Below are positions 9,994-20,478 of a stretch of 64,000 nt of DNA, in pieces. Origin of the DNA: Oscillospiraceae bacterium. Its GTDB lineage: Bacteria > Bacillota > Clostridia > UBA1212 > SIG427. Positions within the stretch are counted from its first letter, which is position 1, and the number at the start of each line of letters is the position of its first letter. The notes beneath the pieces are model-generated. The model was not told the origin of the DNA and made no database searches. It saw nothing but the letters and a program-made list of their open reading frames with translations. The stretch is from contig SVJE01000009.1 in NCBI GenBank assembly GCA_015069135.1, forward strand, positions 2,033 to 66,032, in the 5' to 3' direction. The position numbers and the translations under genes were made by a program.

Positions 9994-12897
9994 ATGAAAA
10001 AATCCTTAAAAGTTTTGTCTTTTACTATTTTATTTTTAGTAATATTCACTTCAGCCATTACTGTTTCTGCCAGAAAAAGCGAAATCAAGTTTGTAGAAAA
10101 CAGTGGTATTACTATGGTAGATAATATGTATTTTACCGGTATTCCCGAAGAAACCACGGCATATAATATTTTGAGCCGTCTTGTTGACCCTTCTGACATC
10201 GTAGTAAGAAACAATTTTGGAACAAACTGTGAAGATAACCATATTATAGGTACGGGAAGCTCTATTTCTTTGATTCAATACAATGTGATTAACAAAAAAC
10301 TTATAGCTGTTGTGCCCGGTGATACTTCCGGAGATGGAAAGGTTGCCACTGCAGACTATATTAAAATAAAAAAAGCTCTCGCAGGAGTTCATTTTCTTTC
10401 TGGTGCATATTTTATAGCTGCAGATATTAATGAAGACGGGAAAATTTCTTCTGCAGACTATATTCGTGTAAAGAAACATATCACCAATGACTATAACTTG
10501 CACACTCCCCTTCCGGAAATAACTCCGGTTGTTCCACCTTCTGCTACAGCAAATCCTAATAAATTAGGAAATTCTGTTGAATTTGCAAATCAGGTGAAAA
10601 ATCAGGTGAATGTGTATTATTCGGACGAAGACAGAACTTCTGTTATTTATGAAAATGCTACTATGAAGTTAACCCATGGACTTATGGGTAATGGCGAAAA
10701 ACAGGTACAGGAATTTGCCAACAAAGACGGTGGGGTATATTTTACAGATACTTTTGTGCCATACCTTCAGTTCCAGGATAAAACTATCTATCTTAAAGAC
10801 GGGGCTGATACCACTTCAAACGAAGGCACTCCTGCTATTCGTTTTGGTTATTACTATTATCAGAACGAAATTAGAAATGTAAATTTTGTTACTTTCAGAA
10901 CTGCTAAGGTAAGTGAAATATATAACGTATTGCCTGACAGTCTTCGTGTAAATCAGAAACTTATTGTAGAAAACAACCTTAATACATCCTATGAATATAC
11001 ATACGGCAACGAACTTAAGATTGCTATCGACACTGTAAATGCTTTGGAAATCAAGGATGCTTTGGGCACATATACAGAAATCAATGATTTTTCTTCTAAC
11101 TCTGTGGAATATGTGGCTTTTGATATAAAAGAAGCCGGTGTTGCAGCCCTTATTTTTGCTACTGATACTCTTTATGAAAATGTAAACATTACTGTTGAAG
11201 ACAGTTATTATGTAATAAGAAGTTCCATGACTATACCTTCCTTTACAGCCGGACAGATATATAACGTAGCTATGCAACTTTACAATGATACCACTCATAG
11301 CTTTGAAGGTGTAAGAAATGCTGCTTACTTAGAAAGAAATCCTGTTACAATTACTACAGGAGATCACACGTTACTTATTCCTTTACAGACTCCATTTTAC
11401 GATAGCACTACAGGTCTTTATAAAGTAAGAGCCACCTATGAAAGCGGAAATAAATACGCTTTTGAAACCCGTACTGCTACTTTAAATGTAACAGCATCTA
11501 ACGACGAAAAGGAAAGACCTATTTATATTCAGATTAATACCACAGGCGAAGCAGGTATGGCTACAGGTGTTTTGAGAGATGATAGTGGTGTCCTGGCTGC
11601 TATACCGGCAGAGTTTTGCAGGAATTTTACCGGTGATGATGCTGCTTATGAAGCAGACGTGGGCTATGGTGATATGATATATCCTCTTTACCTGGAAGAA
11701 AATCAGGAAATAACTACAATTCCAACAATTTTTTGGAACAACTGGGGTAAAACTTCTCTTATTCAATTTTCTTCAATACAGTATTATTGTATGTATACTC
11801 ACTCCTCTAAAAACACCAGTGAAACTACTTGCATCAAGCCTACCGGTGGCGGTATAGGCGGTAATATAATTGCAGACTTCCGTGGTGTCTCAGGAGATGT
11901 ATGGCCTGGCTCTAACCCACAGTACAACCATGCCGGCAGCTTCTATTTTGTAAATGAGAATAATGTTTATTGGAACAGTATGTATCGTGGCATGGATATT
12001 GATTCTGCCGGTCATAACTACATTGATGTAACACTTGACTATGTTGCCGACAGCGGAAATTATAAATACAGTCTTATACACAAAGAGTTCCCTTATGATG
12101 ATGAGACCAGAAACTATTACACAATAGACATTACATTCCTTAAGGATGTAAAATACACTGATGCCACAAGAAACTTTCAGATTCTTCAGTATTATACCAG
12201 TATGGGTGACTACACTCGTATGGCCTGGAGAGATGCAGATGGTATAGTGCAGGAGAAAAACCCCAGATATACCACTGTTTCTTTGGATTCTGATGGTGCA
12301 TTCTTTACATTTTACAATAACACTAATACCGGAACAGAAAATGTTGGTGTAATTATAAAAGACTACTCTGTAACCATGAATGGTGAAAATGCAGATCTTC
12401 CTATTGGCATGTATGTAATGGGAAGAAGTCGTGCTGCCCTTGTATTAAACCAAAAAACATTAAGCTTTAAAGCCGGAGACAGAGTTACTTTTGATGTGAT
12501 TTTGTTACCATACGGAAACCCTCAGCAAGAGCATTATGACAATGTGCTGAATGTATTCAATGATTCTGTGGTAGATCCTGTTAAAACAATTGTAACTAAA
12601 GGTACTCTTACAGAAGATGCTTTTGTACCGAAGGTTTATGCTGATAATAACCAGGCCGAATTTGTTCTTAGTGGTGGTGCTGATAATGTAGCTGTTCGTA
12701 TTGACGGATTTTCATCTGATAAAGTGCCTGTTATAGAGGAATATGTTGACGGTAGCTGGGTACCCTATATGTACTATTCTGATTTAGGTTATGATGGTTA
12801 CAGCATTTACTATAACGATGATAACACTTACGGCTTTACCTATACAATTCCTATGGAAACTGAAGGTGCTTCGAGAAAATTCAGAATAAGCCAATAA
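9994..12897 (+). CDS. Large secreted protein with N-terminal dockerin and ~780-aa domain of unknown function
   Basis: Signal peptide; dockerin motifs GDTSGDGKVATADY and ADINEDGKISSADY; P/T linker; Tyr/Asn/Thr-rich remainder. Confidence 0.8.
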   Translation: MKKSLKVLSFTILFLVIFTSAITVSARKSEIKFVENSGITMVDNMYFTGIPEETTAYNILSRLVDPSDIVVRNNFGTNCEDNHIIGTGSSISLIQYNVINKKLIAVVPGDTSGDGKVATADYIKIKKALAGVHFLSGAYFIAADINEDGKISSADYIRVKKHITNDYNLHTPLPEITPVVPPSATANPNKLGNSVEFANQVKNQVNVYYSDEDRTSVIYENATMKLTHGLMGNGEKQVQEFANKDGGVYFTDTFVPYLQFQDKTIYLKDGADTTSNEGTPAIRFGYYYYQNEIRNVNFVTFRTAKVSEIYNVLPDSLRVNQKLIVENNLNTSYEYTYGNELKIAIDTVNALEIKDALGTYTEINDFSSNSVEYVAFDIKEAGVAALIFATDTLYENVNITVEDSYYVIRSSMTIPSFTAGQIYNVAMQLYNDTTHSFEGVRNAAYLERNPVTITTGDHTLLIPLQTPFYDSTTGLYKVRATYESGNKYAFETRTATLNVTASNDEKERPIYIQINTTGEAGMATGVLRDDSGVLAAIPAEFCRNFTGDDAAYEADVGYGDMIYPLYLEENQEITTIPTIFWNNWGKTSLIQFSSIQYYCMYTHSSKNTSETTCIKPTGGGIGGNIIADFRGVSGDVWPGSNPQYNHAGSFYFVNENNVYWNSMYRGMDIDSAGHNYIDVTLDYVADSGNYKYSLIHKEFPYDDETRNYYTIDITFLKDVKYTDATRNFQILQYYTSMGDYTRMAWRDADGIVQEKNPRYTTVSLDSDGAFFTFYNNTNTGTENVGVIIKDYSVTMNGENADLPIGMYVMGRSRAALVLNQKTLSFKAGDRVTFDVILLPYGNPQQEHYDNVLNVFNDSVVDPVKTIVTKGTLTEDAFVPKVYADNNQAEFVLSGGADNVAVRIDGFSSDKVPVIEEYVDGSWVPYMYYSDLGYDGYSIYYNDDNTYGFTYTIPMETEGASRKFRISQ

Positions 12898-12910
12898 ATA
12901 ACAATACTTA

Positions 12911-12943
12911 GTTAAGGGGACGGCTTTGTTCCGTCCCCTTAAC
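12911..12943. terminator. Bidirectional terminator between convergent genes
   Basis: Perfect 13-bp stem GTTAAGGGGACGG / CCGTCCCCTTAAC. Confidence 0.75.
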
Positions 12944-12953
12944 CTTTGTTCCA

Positions 12954-13526
12954 TTAATAGAACTTTTTTGACGCCTGTATCTCCTGTACCTTTGACAAGG
13001 CTTCTCCGAACCTCTGGAAGTGTACCACTTCTCTTTCCCTCAGGAATCTTAAAGGATCCAGAACATCAGGGTCATCAATCATATCTATAAGATACTCGTA
13101 AGTTTTACGCGCCTTCTGCTCTGCTGCCATATCTTCATAAAGGTCAACAATAACATCACCCTTTGACTGAAGGTATGAAGCCGTGAAAGGAACACCAGCG
13201 GCATTTTGAGGATAGATACCAAGACCATGTTCCACATAATCCGGGTCAAATCCTGCTTCCTTCAACATTTTACAGTCAGCGCCTTTAGTAAGCTGATGAC
13301 AAATGGTACCTATCATCTCTAAGTGGGCCAACTCTTCACTTCCTATGTCATTAAGAATAGCTCGGGTTTCCTCTGTAGGCATAGCAAATCTTTGTGAAAG
13401 GTATCGCAGTGACGCAGCCAGCTCTCCATCTGCACCACCGTACTGAGTAATAATAAGCTTTGCTATTCTTGGGTTAGGCTTTTTAATTTTAACCGGATAT
13501 TCTAACTTTTTCTCATACACCCACAT
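12954..13526 (-). CDS. cotJC: Spore coat Mn-catalase-family protein CotJC
   Basis: MWVYEKKLEYPV, QYGGADGEL.ASLRYLSQ, EELAHLE, REVVHFQRFGE. Confidence 0.95.
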   Translation of the reverse strand: MWVYEKKLEYPVKIKKPNPRIAKLIITQYGGADGELAASLRYLSQRFAMPTEETRAILNDIGSEELAHLEMIGTICHQLTKGADCKMLKEAGFDPDYVEHGLGIYPQNAAGVPFTASYLQSKGDVIVDLYEDMAAEQKARKTYEYLIDMIDDPDVLDPLRFLREREVVHFQRFGEALSKVQEIQASKKFY

Positions 13527-13529
13527 CTG

Positions 13530-13796
13530 TTAACACCTCCCGTCCTTGGGTTTATTCCATGGCCAAGGGTTCTCAATCCAATCCCATGTGGAATCAGAAT
13601 TCACATATCCTCTTGGATCAATAGGACCAAACATTGTCTCATAACTCTTAACCAATTCTGTCCGCTTCTTAGAAATTACATTGTAAAGCTCAATGGAATC
13701 TTTATCATCAGGATGAGTATCCAGATACAAATTAAGGTCTGTCCCCGCAAAATCCAAAGCCATAATTTCATACAGCATAGTTTCTCTATCAATCAC
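13530..13796 (-). CDS. cotJB: Spore coat protein CotJB
   Basis: DLNLYLDTHPDD, YE..FGP, WDWIENPWPW. Confidence 0.92.
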   Translation of the reverse strand: MIDRETMLYEIMALDFAGTDLNLYLDTHPDDKDSIELYNVISKKRTELVKSYETMFGPIDPRGYVNSDSTWDWIENPWPWNKPKDGRC

Positions 13797-14013
13797 AGTG
13801 ACAACCTCCTTCCGACTTCATATCCAATTTACACTCATAAGGTTTATCCAAAACAGGATAAATAGTGCCTCTGTTTAAGCCTTCGCAGGCAGAATACATT
13901 TCGCTGCCCACACTCTGCTTTGGAACCCAAGCCTGAGCAATGCGCCACTCGGAAGATGACTCATTCTTTGCTTTAAGTTTCTTAAGTTCTGACAACGGTA
14001 TATCACAAACCAT
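13789..14013 (-). CDS. cotJA: Spore coat associated protein CotJA
   Basis: AQAWVPKQ...GLNRGTIYPVLDKPY motif; first gene of cotJ operon. Confidence 0.85.
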   Translation of the reverse strand: MVCDIPLSELKKLKAKNESSSEWRIAQAWVPKQSVGSEMYSACEGLNRGTIYPVLDKPYECKLDMKSEGGCHCD

Positions 14014-14085
14014 ACAGCTTTTCCTCCGTTTAATATTTTACAGTAATATACTATTCGACAGATTTTGATATTGTGCATCAAAAAC

Positions 14086-14253
14086 AAAAGGAACCCAATC
14101 TTAATAAAAACAGCGTATTGGATTCCTTTTATTATGTTATTCCTATAAAAAAACAAGAAAAAAGGAACCCACTGCTGTAATATTTCCGGACATTGGGTTC
14201 CCTTTTTACAGAAAAATACACCCAAAAGACTGCTTTTTCTTACAATGGGTGCC
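14086..14253. repeat. Intergenic palindrome array A (3 units, core GGAACCCA..TGG(G/A)TTCC)
   Basis: Units 14090-14126, 14164-14201, 14217-14253 (37, 38, 37 bp) with unrelated centres; same core as array at 40377. Confidence 0.85.
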
Positions 14254-14262
14254 TGCCTTTAC

Positions 14263-14297
14263 AAAAAAATACCCGGACCTTACTATGAAATCCGGGT
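14263..14297 (-). terminator. Intrinsic terminator after trkH
   Basis: ACCCGGA / TCCGGGT stem followed by T run on minus strand. Confidence 0.6.
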
Positions 14298-14320
14298 GGT
14301 AAAATACCAATATTCTTTTA

Positions 14321-15763
14321 TTACTTTTTAGACCAGACAGCCGGGGACAGTGCCAAAAGCAAAGGAAAAATTTCCAATCTTCCCAAAAGCATTGCTCCGG
14401 ACAGTACAATTTTGGACAATGATGAGTATATGCTGTAATTTGCAGCCGGGCCAACTAAACTAAGACCGGGGCCGATATTATTAAAGCAAGCCGTTACTGC
14501 GGAAAAATTTGTTTCAATGTCAAAAGATTCAAAGCACAACAAACCAAACATGATACCAAACAACACAACATATAAGGCAAAATAAACTAAAACTCCGTTT
14601 TGCATTTTTTCATCAACTTTTTTACCTTCCATTTTTACGGCACCTACAGATCTTGGATGTATCATGCGCTTAAGTTCTTTCTTTATAATCTTAAACAAAA
14701 GCATTAACCTTGAAACCTTCAGACCTCCTCCTGTGGAACCGGCACATGCTCCCACAAACATAAGAAGCATTAACACAACCTTGGAAAGTCTGGGCCATAA
14801 ATCAAAATCCGCTGTAGCAAAACCTGTTGTTGTAATAATTGAAGAAACCTGGAAGGCTGATAGTCTTAAAGAATCAGCTATGTCCTGATATATAGGATAA
14901 ATATTAGCAGTAATAACTGCAATAGAAGTTCCCACTATTCCAAAGTAGCACCACACTTCACTACTCTTGAACACCGACTTGAAATGTCGAATTAACAATA
15001 AATAGTAAATATTAAAGTTCACACCAAACAGCAACATAAATATGGTAATAACCCACTGGAGGTAGTTGCTGTAGCCGGCAATACTGTCTGCTTTAATGCC
15101 AAAGCCACCGGTACCTGCAGTACCAAAAGAATGAACAACACTATCAAAAAAGGGCATTCCGCCACACAGCAATAATATTATTTCAATAACTGTCATGGCA
15201 ACATATATAAGATACAGAATTTTAGCCGTATCTTTCATTCTCGGCACCAACTTGCCTACCACCGGACCGGGAACCTCTGCACGAAGCAAATGAATTGAAC
15301 GGTCTGAGAAGTTAGGAATAATGGCCATAACAAATACAAGAACACCCATACCGCCTATCCAGTGTGTAAAGCTACGCCAGAAAAGAAGGCCTTTACTCAT
15401 AGCTTCCACATCTGTAAGTATAGAAGCACCTGTAGTTGTAAAACCGCTTACTGTTTCAAAGAAGGCGTCGATATATGAAGGAATCTCACCGCTTATGTAA
15501 AAAGGCAATGCACCGATAAGAGACATAGCTATCCATGCACCGGCAACTATCACAAAACCTTCTTTTGCATAAATAACACGGTTTTCAGTACGGAAAAGAA
15601 TCATAAGCAGTCCCCCGACCGCTAACGCAATTCCTATGGTTATAATAAAATCCATAGAACAACTTTCTCCGTATATAAAAGAAACAATCAAAGGCAACAA
15701 TAACATTGTCGCCTCTGCCATGATTATTTTACCTATTGTGTAAAACACTCTCTTACGGTTCAT
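14321..15763 (-). CDS. trkH: Trk potassium uptake membrane protein
   Basis: FFETVSGFTTTGAS, WIGGMG, TAGTGGF, ITTTGF, GSTGGGLK, NNIGPG, LGRLE. Confidence 0.96.
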   Translation of the reverse strand: MNRKRVFYTIGKIIMAEATMLLLPLIVSFIYGESCSMDFIITIGIALAVGGLLMILFRTENRVIYAKEGFVIVAGAWIAMSLIGALPFYISGEIPSYIDAFFETVSGFTTTGASILTDVEAMSKGLLFWRSFTHWIGGMGVLVFVMAIIPNFSDRSIHLLRAEVPGPVVGKLVPRMKDTAKILYLIYVAMTVIEIILLLCGGMPFFDSVVHSFGTAGTGGFGIKADSIAGYSNYLQWVITIFMLLFGVNFNIYYLLLIRHFKSVFKSSEVWCYFGIVGTSIAVITANIYPIYQDIADSLRLSAFQVSSIITTTGFATADFDLWPRLSKVVLMLLMFVGACAGSTGGGLKVSRLMLLFKIIKKELKRMIHPRSVGAVKMEGKKVDEKMQNGVLVYFALYVVLFGIMFGLLCFESFDIETNFSAVTACFNNIGPGLSLVGPAANYSIYSSLSKIVLSGAMLLGRLEIFPLLLALSPAVWSKK

Positions 15764-15777
15764 AGTCTACCTCATAA

Positions 15778-17136
15778 TTAACTCTCAAAGATGTCTGAAA
15801 GCTCACGAATCTTTTTATCCGTAGCCACCACGATCACTCTGTCGTTTGGTAAAATAACATCGTTACCGGAAGGAATCACGGGCTTGTTACGAATAATTCC
15901 TCCTAAAAGTATATTTTCCTGTATTCTTAAGTCTTTAATAGGAATATTTGTATACTTAAAGTCAGGACCAACTTTAAACTCTAAAGCTTCAGCCTTACCA
16001 TCCATAAGCTTGTATAGAGTTTCAACTTTGCTGTCCATAGAATTTTCCAAAGCTCTTGCATATCTTACAAGAATATCAGAAATTATCTTTTTAGGTGAAA
16101 CTATACAATCAAGACCAAGTTTTTCTGCCATGGAAGAAAGTTCGTTACGATTTACCTTTGAAATAACAGTAGGAACACTATGGCTGGCAGCAAATATGGA
16201 AATAAGTATGTTTTCCTCATCCATACCTGTAAGTGCAACAAAAGCATCCAACGAATCAAGACCCTCTTCCATAAGAAGTTCCTGCTGAGCACCATCACCG
16301 TGGATAATAACAGCTTTAGGAATGGCTTCACTTAAAGCATCACAACGCTCTCTTCGTTGCTCTATTATTTTAACAGAGCTACCACCGTTAATAAGTCTTC
16401 TTGCCAAATAAAAAGCAGTACGGCTACCACCTAATATCATTACATTCTTAGCCTGTTTCTGGAATATACCCAACTCCTTAAAGAACTTCTGAAATTCAGT
16501 AAGTTCTGCAGTAATTCCAATCTTGTCACCACTTTTAAGCACAAAATTACCGTCAGGAATATATACCTTGTCATCTCTCTGAACAGTACAAATCAAAATT
16601 TTTGATTTGTATTTGTGACGAAGCTGCATCAAAGACAACCCGTCCAGAATAGAGTCAGGCTTCAATTTGATTTCTATCATTTCAAAGTTTCTGTGAGAAA
16701 ATGTTTCTATTTTAACTGCAGAAGGAAACTTTAATATGTTATATAGCTCATGGGCTGCCAGAAGTTCAGGATTTATTGCCATAGAAAGACCTAAATGCTG
16801 TTTCATAAACACCAGGCTGTTATCATTATACTCAGGGCTTCTTATTCTCGCAATCGTGTGGGCTGCTCCCATTTTGCGGGCAATAAAGCAACTTAACATA
16901 TTAAACTCGTCAGAACCTGTAACTGCCACAAAAAGTTCTGCTTTATCAACACCGGCATCAGATAAAGCATCTGTGTCGGCACCATTACCGCAAACACCTA
17001 TTACATCATAAATGTTAGTAATTTCGTCTATTATGTCAGGGTTACTGTCTATAGCAACCACATCATGCCCTTCTGCAACTAAACTTGCAAGAATTGTTGT
17101 ACCTATCTTACCTAAGCCAGCAATTATGATTTTCAT
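15778..17136 (-). CDS. trkA: Trk potassium uptake regulatory subunit
   Basis: Two RCK domains (IAGLGKIG; ILGGSR), AVTGSDEFN, ALTGMDEEN. Confidence 0.96.
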   Translation of the reverse strand: MKIIIAGLGKIGTTILASLVAEGHDVVAIDSNPDIIDEITNIYDVIGVCGNGADTDALSDAGVDKAELFVAVTGSDEFNMLSCFIARKMGAAHTIARIRSPEYNDNSLVFMKQHLGLSMAINPELLAAHELYNILKFPSAVKIETFSHRNFEMIEIKLKPDSILDGLSLMQLRHKYKSKILICTVQRDDKVYIPDGNFVLKSGDKIGITAELTEFQKFFKELGIFQKQAKNVMILGGSRTAFYLARRLINGGSSVKIIEQRRERCDALSEAIPKAVIIHGDGAQQELLMEEGLDSLDAFVALTGMDEENILISIFAASHSVPTVISKVNRNELSSMAEKLGLDCIVSPKKIISDILVRYARALENSMDSKVETLYKLMDGKAEALEFKVGPDFKYTNIPIKDLRIQENILLGGIIRNKPVIPSGNDVILPNDRVIVVATDKKIRELSDIFES

Positions 17137-17231
17137 TACTATCTTCCTCTGATACTCAAAATTTATATCAGGCTTATTATACTAAATAATATCTGATAAT
17201 GCTATACCTATTGTAATATCTTAGCCAGCCC

Positions 17232-17792
17232 TTAACCGAAAGATATTATTTTTCCGCCACACTTTGTAGCTTCATCCTCATTATGGGTAACCATAATCAC
17301 AAGATTTTCTTTAGCATACTCTTTTATTATTCCATACATATTGTGCTTCAATTCTTCATCCAGGCCATTAAAAGGTTCATCCAGAAGTAAAATACCACCT
17401 CTTGCTATAGCCCTTGCCAAAGAAACTCTTCTTTGCATACCTCCGGAAAGCTGATCAGGGTATAGATCAGAATCAGCCAAAAGTTCCATTTTACCAAGTA
17501 AATCCTGTGCTTTCTTTTCTGAAACACCTGCAATCTCTGTTATATTCTCCTTAGCTGTAAGCCATGGGAAAAGTAAAGAATCCTGGAATAAAAAAGATAT
17601 TTTATCACCGATTGATATTTTACCGCTGTCGGGCTTTTCCAAGCCTGCAATCAATCTTAACAAGGTAGTTTTACCGTAGCCTGAAGGAGCCATTAAAGCA
17701 AAGACCCCACTCTCCGGAAAATCAAGAGAAATATTATCAAGCACCATTTTACCGTCAAAAGTTTTTGTAACATTTTTAAGTTCTATGCCCAC
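17232..17792 (-). CDS. NitT/TauT family ABC transporter ATP-binding protein
   Basis: APSGYGKTT, LFPWLT, LSGGMQRRV, LLDEPF. Confidence 0.88.
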   Translation of the reverse strand: MGIELKNVTKTFDGKMVLDNISLDFPESGVFALMAPSGYGKTTLLRLIAGLEKPDSGKISIGDKISFLFQDSLLFPWLTAKENITEIAGVSEKKAQDLLGKMELLADSDLYPDQLSGGMQRRVSLARAIARGGILLLDEPFNGLDEELKHNMYGIIKEYAKENLVIMVTHNEDEATKCGGKIISFG

Positions 17793-18546
17793 GGACAGCC
17801 ACCACCTTTCTGATTATGTATGCCAGTAATTTTTCGATTATAAAGCTAAGTACAATAACCACCAATGTCCATGCAAACACATCGGTTGTTTCCAGATAAA
17901 TTTTTGCTGAATATAGCTGCTCCCCTATAGAATTTTTAGGGGTACACAATACCTCTGCCGCAATTCCGGCCTTCCATCCAAGTCCAAGACCAGTAAGTAA
18001 GGCAGATGAAAAGAATGGAAGTACAGAAGGTATGTAAAGTTTTGAAATTCGCTTTGATAAAGGCATTTCGTATACTTTAGCCACCTCTTTAAGGCCTTTA
18101 TTAACTTGCTTTATACCTTGATGAACATTTCCCCACACTATAGGAAACACCATAAGAAAAGATGTGAAAGAAGGTATGTTTCCTTTATCAATCCACACAA
18201 GGGCAAGTATTATAAAAGAAGCTACCGGTGTTGCCTTAATAACTGCTGTCAATGGTGAAAAAAGTGCATTCACAGTTTCTAACCTAGAAGTTAGACACGC
18301 CATTAAAGTTCCGGCCAAAACTGCCAGAATAAAACCAAACAGTATACGAAGCACTGAGGTTCCGGTGGATATCCAGAAATCACTTGTGGCACCCAGGTCT
18401 AAAAGCCTTTTTACCACTGTAAAAGGATCTGCTACCAAAACCTCCTTATTGACAGCAAGGGCTGCTATCTCCCAGACAGCAACCCAAAAAACTGCAACTA
18501 TAAAACCTTTTAATATTTTCTTAGCCCATGTAGTAGAACGCTTCAT
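17776..18546 (-). CDS. NitT/TauT family ABC transporter permease
   Basis: TPVASFIIL, GWKAGIAAEV, multiple TMs. Confidence 0.88.
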   Translation of the reverse strand: MKRSTTWAKKILKGFIVAVFWVAVWEIAALAVNKEVLVADPFTVVKRLLDLGATSDFWISTGTSVLRILFGFILAVLAGTLMACLTSRLETVNALFSPLTAVIKATPVASFIILALVWIDKGNIPSFTSFLMVFPIVWGNVHQGIKQVNKGLKEVAKVYEMPLSKRISKLYIPSVLPFFSSALLTGLGLGWKAGIAAEVLCTPKNSIGEQLYSAKIYLETTDVFAWTLVVIVLSFIIEKLLAYIIRKVVAVRGHRT

Positions 18547-19528
18547 CAGGCATTGTTCCTCCTATGGATTTAGGATCTGCATCAAACATTACCTTTAAGA
18601 ATCCCCCTGCAGCAGACTTCATTTCATCTCCTGCCATAAATGTCATATTACATCCCGGGATAGCTTTTTTAGCCACCGGCGCTGCAGGAATAATACCATG
18701 CTTTGCTACAAGCTGGGAACCCTTTTCCACATCACCGTTTACATAGTTTATTGATGCCTCGTACTGTTTAAGGAACAAATCCAAGTCATCTTTATGATTC
18801 TCAGCAAAATCCTTGCTTACTATAATACAACCCATTGTAAGTTTACTGTTATTCTCAGCCACCTTGTCCCACTCATCAGAAAGATCAATAGCGTCTCTTA
18901 CTTCTGCATTTTTAGCTATTGTCTGTGTTACGAAAGGTTCCGGTAAAATGCCCAGGGTTACATCTCCTGAGATCATCTGAGCAGATAATTCAGCGTGTTC
19001 TGAAAGATAAACTATCTCAATGTCTTTTGCAGGATCAATACCATTTTGGGTAAGAATATAGTTAAGTGCATATTCAGGTGTAGACCCTTTACCTGTGTAA
19101 TATACTGTCTTACCTTTAAGATCACTTATAGAATTTATCGTATTGCCTTTTTCAACAACGTGAAGTGTACCCAATGTGTTAATGGCTGCAATTTTAATTT
19201 CACCTTTTGTTTTCTGATAAAGGGTAGCTGCTAAGTTTACAGGCACAGCAGCAATATCAACATTTCCTTTAATAACTTCAGGTGCAACTAGTGTAGGGTC
19301 TCCTACCAATTCGATTTCATAGCCGTCTTCCATTAACTTTGCCATGCCCATACCTGTAGGTCCTTTAAGAGCAATAATTTTTGCATCAACAGGTGTTGTA
19401 GGAACCGCTGTTGCCTCCGGTACACTTGTAGGTGCCTTTGTAGGGGCAATATCATCACCTGCTTTGTTACAAGCAACAAAGCTTAATACCATAGCTAAAG
19501 CCAATACTAACATCAATACTTTTTTCAT
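18521..19528 (-). CDS. NitT/TauT family ABC substrate-binding lipoprotein
   Basis: Lipobox FVAC; LKGPTGMG, DLKGK, LPEPFVT. Confidence 0.88.
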   Translation of the reverse strand: MKKVLMLVLALAMVLSFVACNKAGDDIAPTKAPTSVPEATAVPTTPVDAKIIALKGPTGMGMAKLMEDGYEIELVGDPTLVAPEVIKGNVDIAAVPVNLAATLYQKTKGEIKIAAINTLGTLHVVEKGNTINSISDLKGKTVYYTGKGSTPEYALNYILTQNGIDPAKDIEIVYLSEHAELSAQMISGDVTLGILPEPFVTQTIAKNAEVRDAIDLSDEWDKVAENNSKLTMGCIIVSKDFAENHKDDLDLFLKQYEASINYVNGDVEKGSQLVAKHGIIPAAPVAKKAIPGCNMTFMAGDEMKSAAGGFLKVMFDADPKSIGGTMPDEAFYYMG

Positions 19529-19547
19529 TTTGTTTATCTCCTGTCTT

Positions 19548-20216
19548 TTATTGATTGTTTATTTTAACGGTCTTACCATTTTTAATGGCAATCCCGTCAT
19601 TTTCCAATTCTTCAAAGGCTCTGTATAAAGAAGCTCTGCCCATATTAAGACTTTCCGCCAATTGCTGACAGCTTATTGGCAAAGTAACATCACCTTCTGA
19701 TACATCCTGCTGCTCCGCCAAATTCATCAGATATCTTAAAAGTTTACTTTTAGCGCTGTCTGCAGTATATGTGGCAATCTTCTTATTAAGAAACCTTATT
19801 CTGTCAGATAGAAAAGTTACATAGTTAAGCATTGCTGCCCTTTCTCTGAAAAGCAAATCTTGTATAAGGCTTTCAGAAAAAAATATAACCTTACAGTCTT
19901 TACCTGCCACAACTTTACTACAGTAGGTATTCTCTCCCCCGAACAGTGATGCTAAACCAAAAACACCATTTTCAGAAATTATGTTTATAAGAGAATCACT
20001 GTCCCCGCTGTAAGCTTTAATACTTCCTTCTGTAACTAAACCTAACTTCTTTTCAAAGCTGTCAGGTGAGAATATAACATCACCTTGGTTAAAGGTTTCT
20101 ATACTGCATCCTTCTTTGCTCATATAGCTTCCAATGGTGTGTTTATCAATTCCCTTAAAAAGAAACATATGGGATACTTTGTCTATGTAGTTTCTGATTT
20201 CCGTTTCTGTTGTCAT
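19548..20216 (-). CDS. Crp/Fnr family transcriptional regulator
   Basis: cNMP-binding fold plus C-terminal HTH LAESLNMGRASLYR. Confidence 0.9.
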   Translation of the reverse strand: MTTETEIRNYIDKVSHMFLFKGIDKHTIGSYMSKEGCSIETFNQGDVIFSPDSFEKKLGLVTEGSIKAYSGDSDSLINIISENGVFGLASLFGGENTYCSKVVAGKDCKVIFFSESLIQDLLFRERAAMLNYVTFLSDRIRFLNKKIATYTADSAKSKLLRYLMNLAEQQDVSEGDVTLPISCQQLAESLNMGRASLYRAFEELENDGIAIKNGKTVKINNQ

Positions 20217-20239
20217 TTGTTTATAGCCTTTTTAATTTT

Positions 20240-20289
20240 TGTCTCATTTAAGACACTTTTATTATATATCTATTATTTAGCTTAGTCAA
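20240..20289 (-). promoter_or_regulatory. Promoter and Crp/Fnr-type box of the crp-NitT/TauT operon
   Basis: TTGACT-17-TATAAT (20289-20261); palindrome TGTCT-N6-AGACA at 20240-20255 with CRP-box geometry. Confidence 0.6.
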
Positions 20290-20299
20290 TACAAAAATG

Positions 20300-20341
20300 T
20301 TTCATCCCTGCTTTGCAGCTTTTTGTTTTTGAGGGATGAAA
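20300..20341. repeat. Single inverted-repeat unit TTTCATCCCT-N22-AGGGATGAAA
   Basis: Perfect 10-bp arms between two divergent promoters. Confidence 0.6.
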
Positions 20342-20367
20342 AAAACACCCCCAAAAAAGCAGTTTAC

Positions 20368-20430
20368 TTGACGAACACTGAAACATGATATATAATGTAT
20401 GTTATATACCAGCTGTTATCCACGATAACA
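20368..20430 (+). promoter_or_regulatory. Promoter and candidate TetR operator
   Basis: TTGACG-17-TATAAT; palindrome TGTTATC-CAC-GATAACA at 20414-20430. Confidence 0.55.
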
Positions 20431-20478
20431 CGGGGCTTTCAGCTATATTTTACAGAAGAAAAAAGGAGCGGTTATTTA

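Noticed and set aside
20416-20424. DnaA-box-like TTATCCACG
   Set aside because: Single mismatched copy within a likely TetR operator; no oriC context
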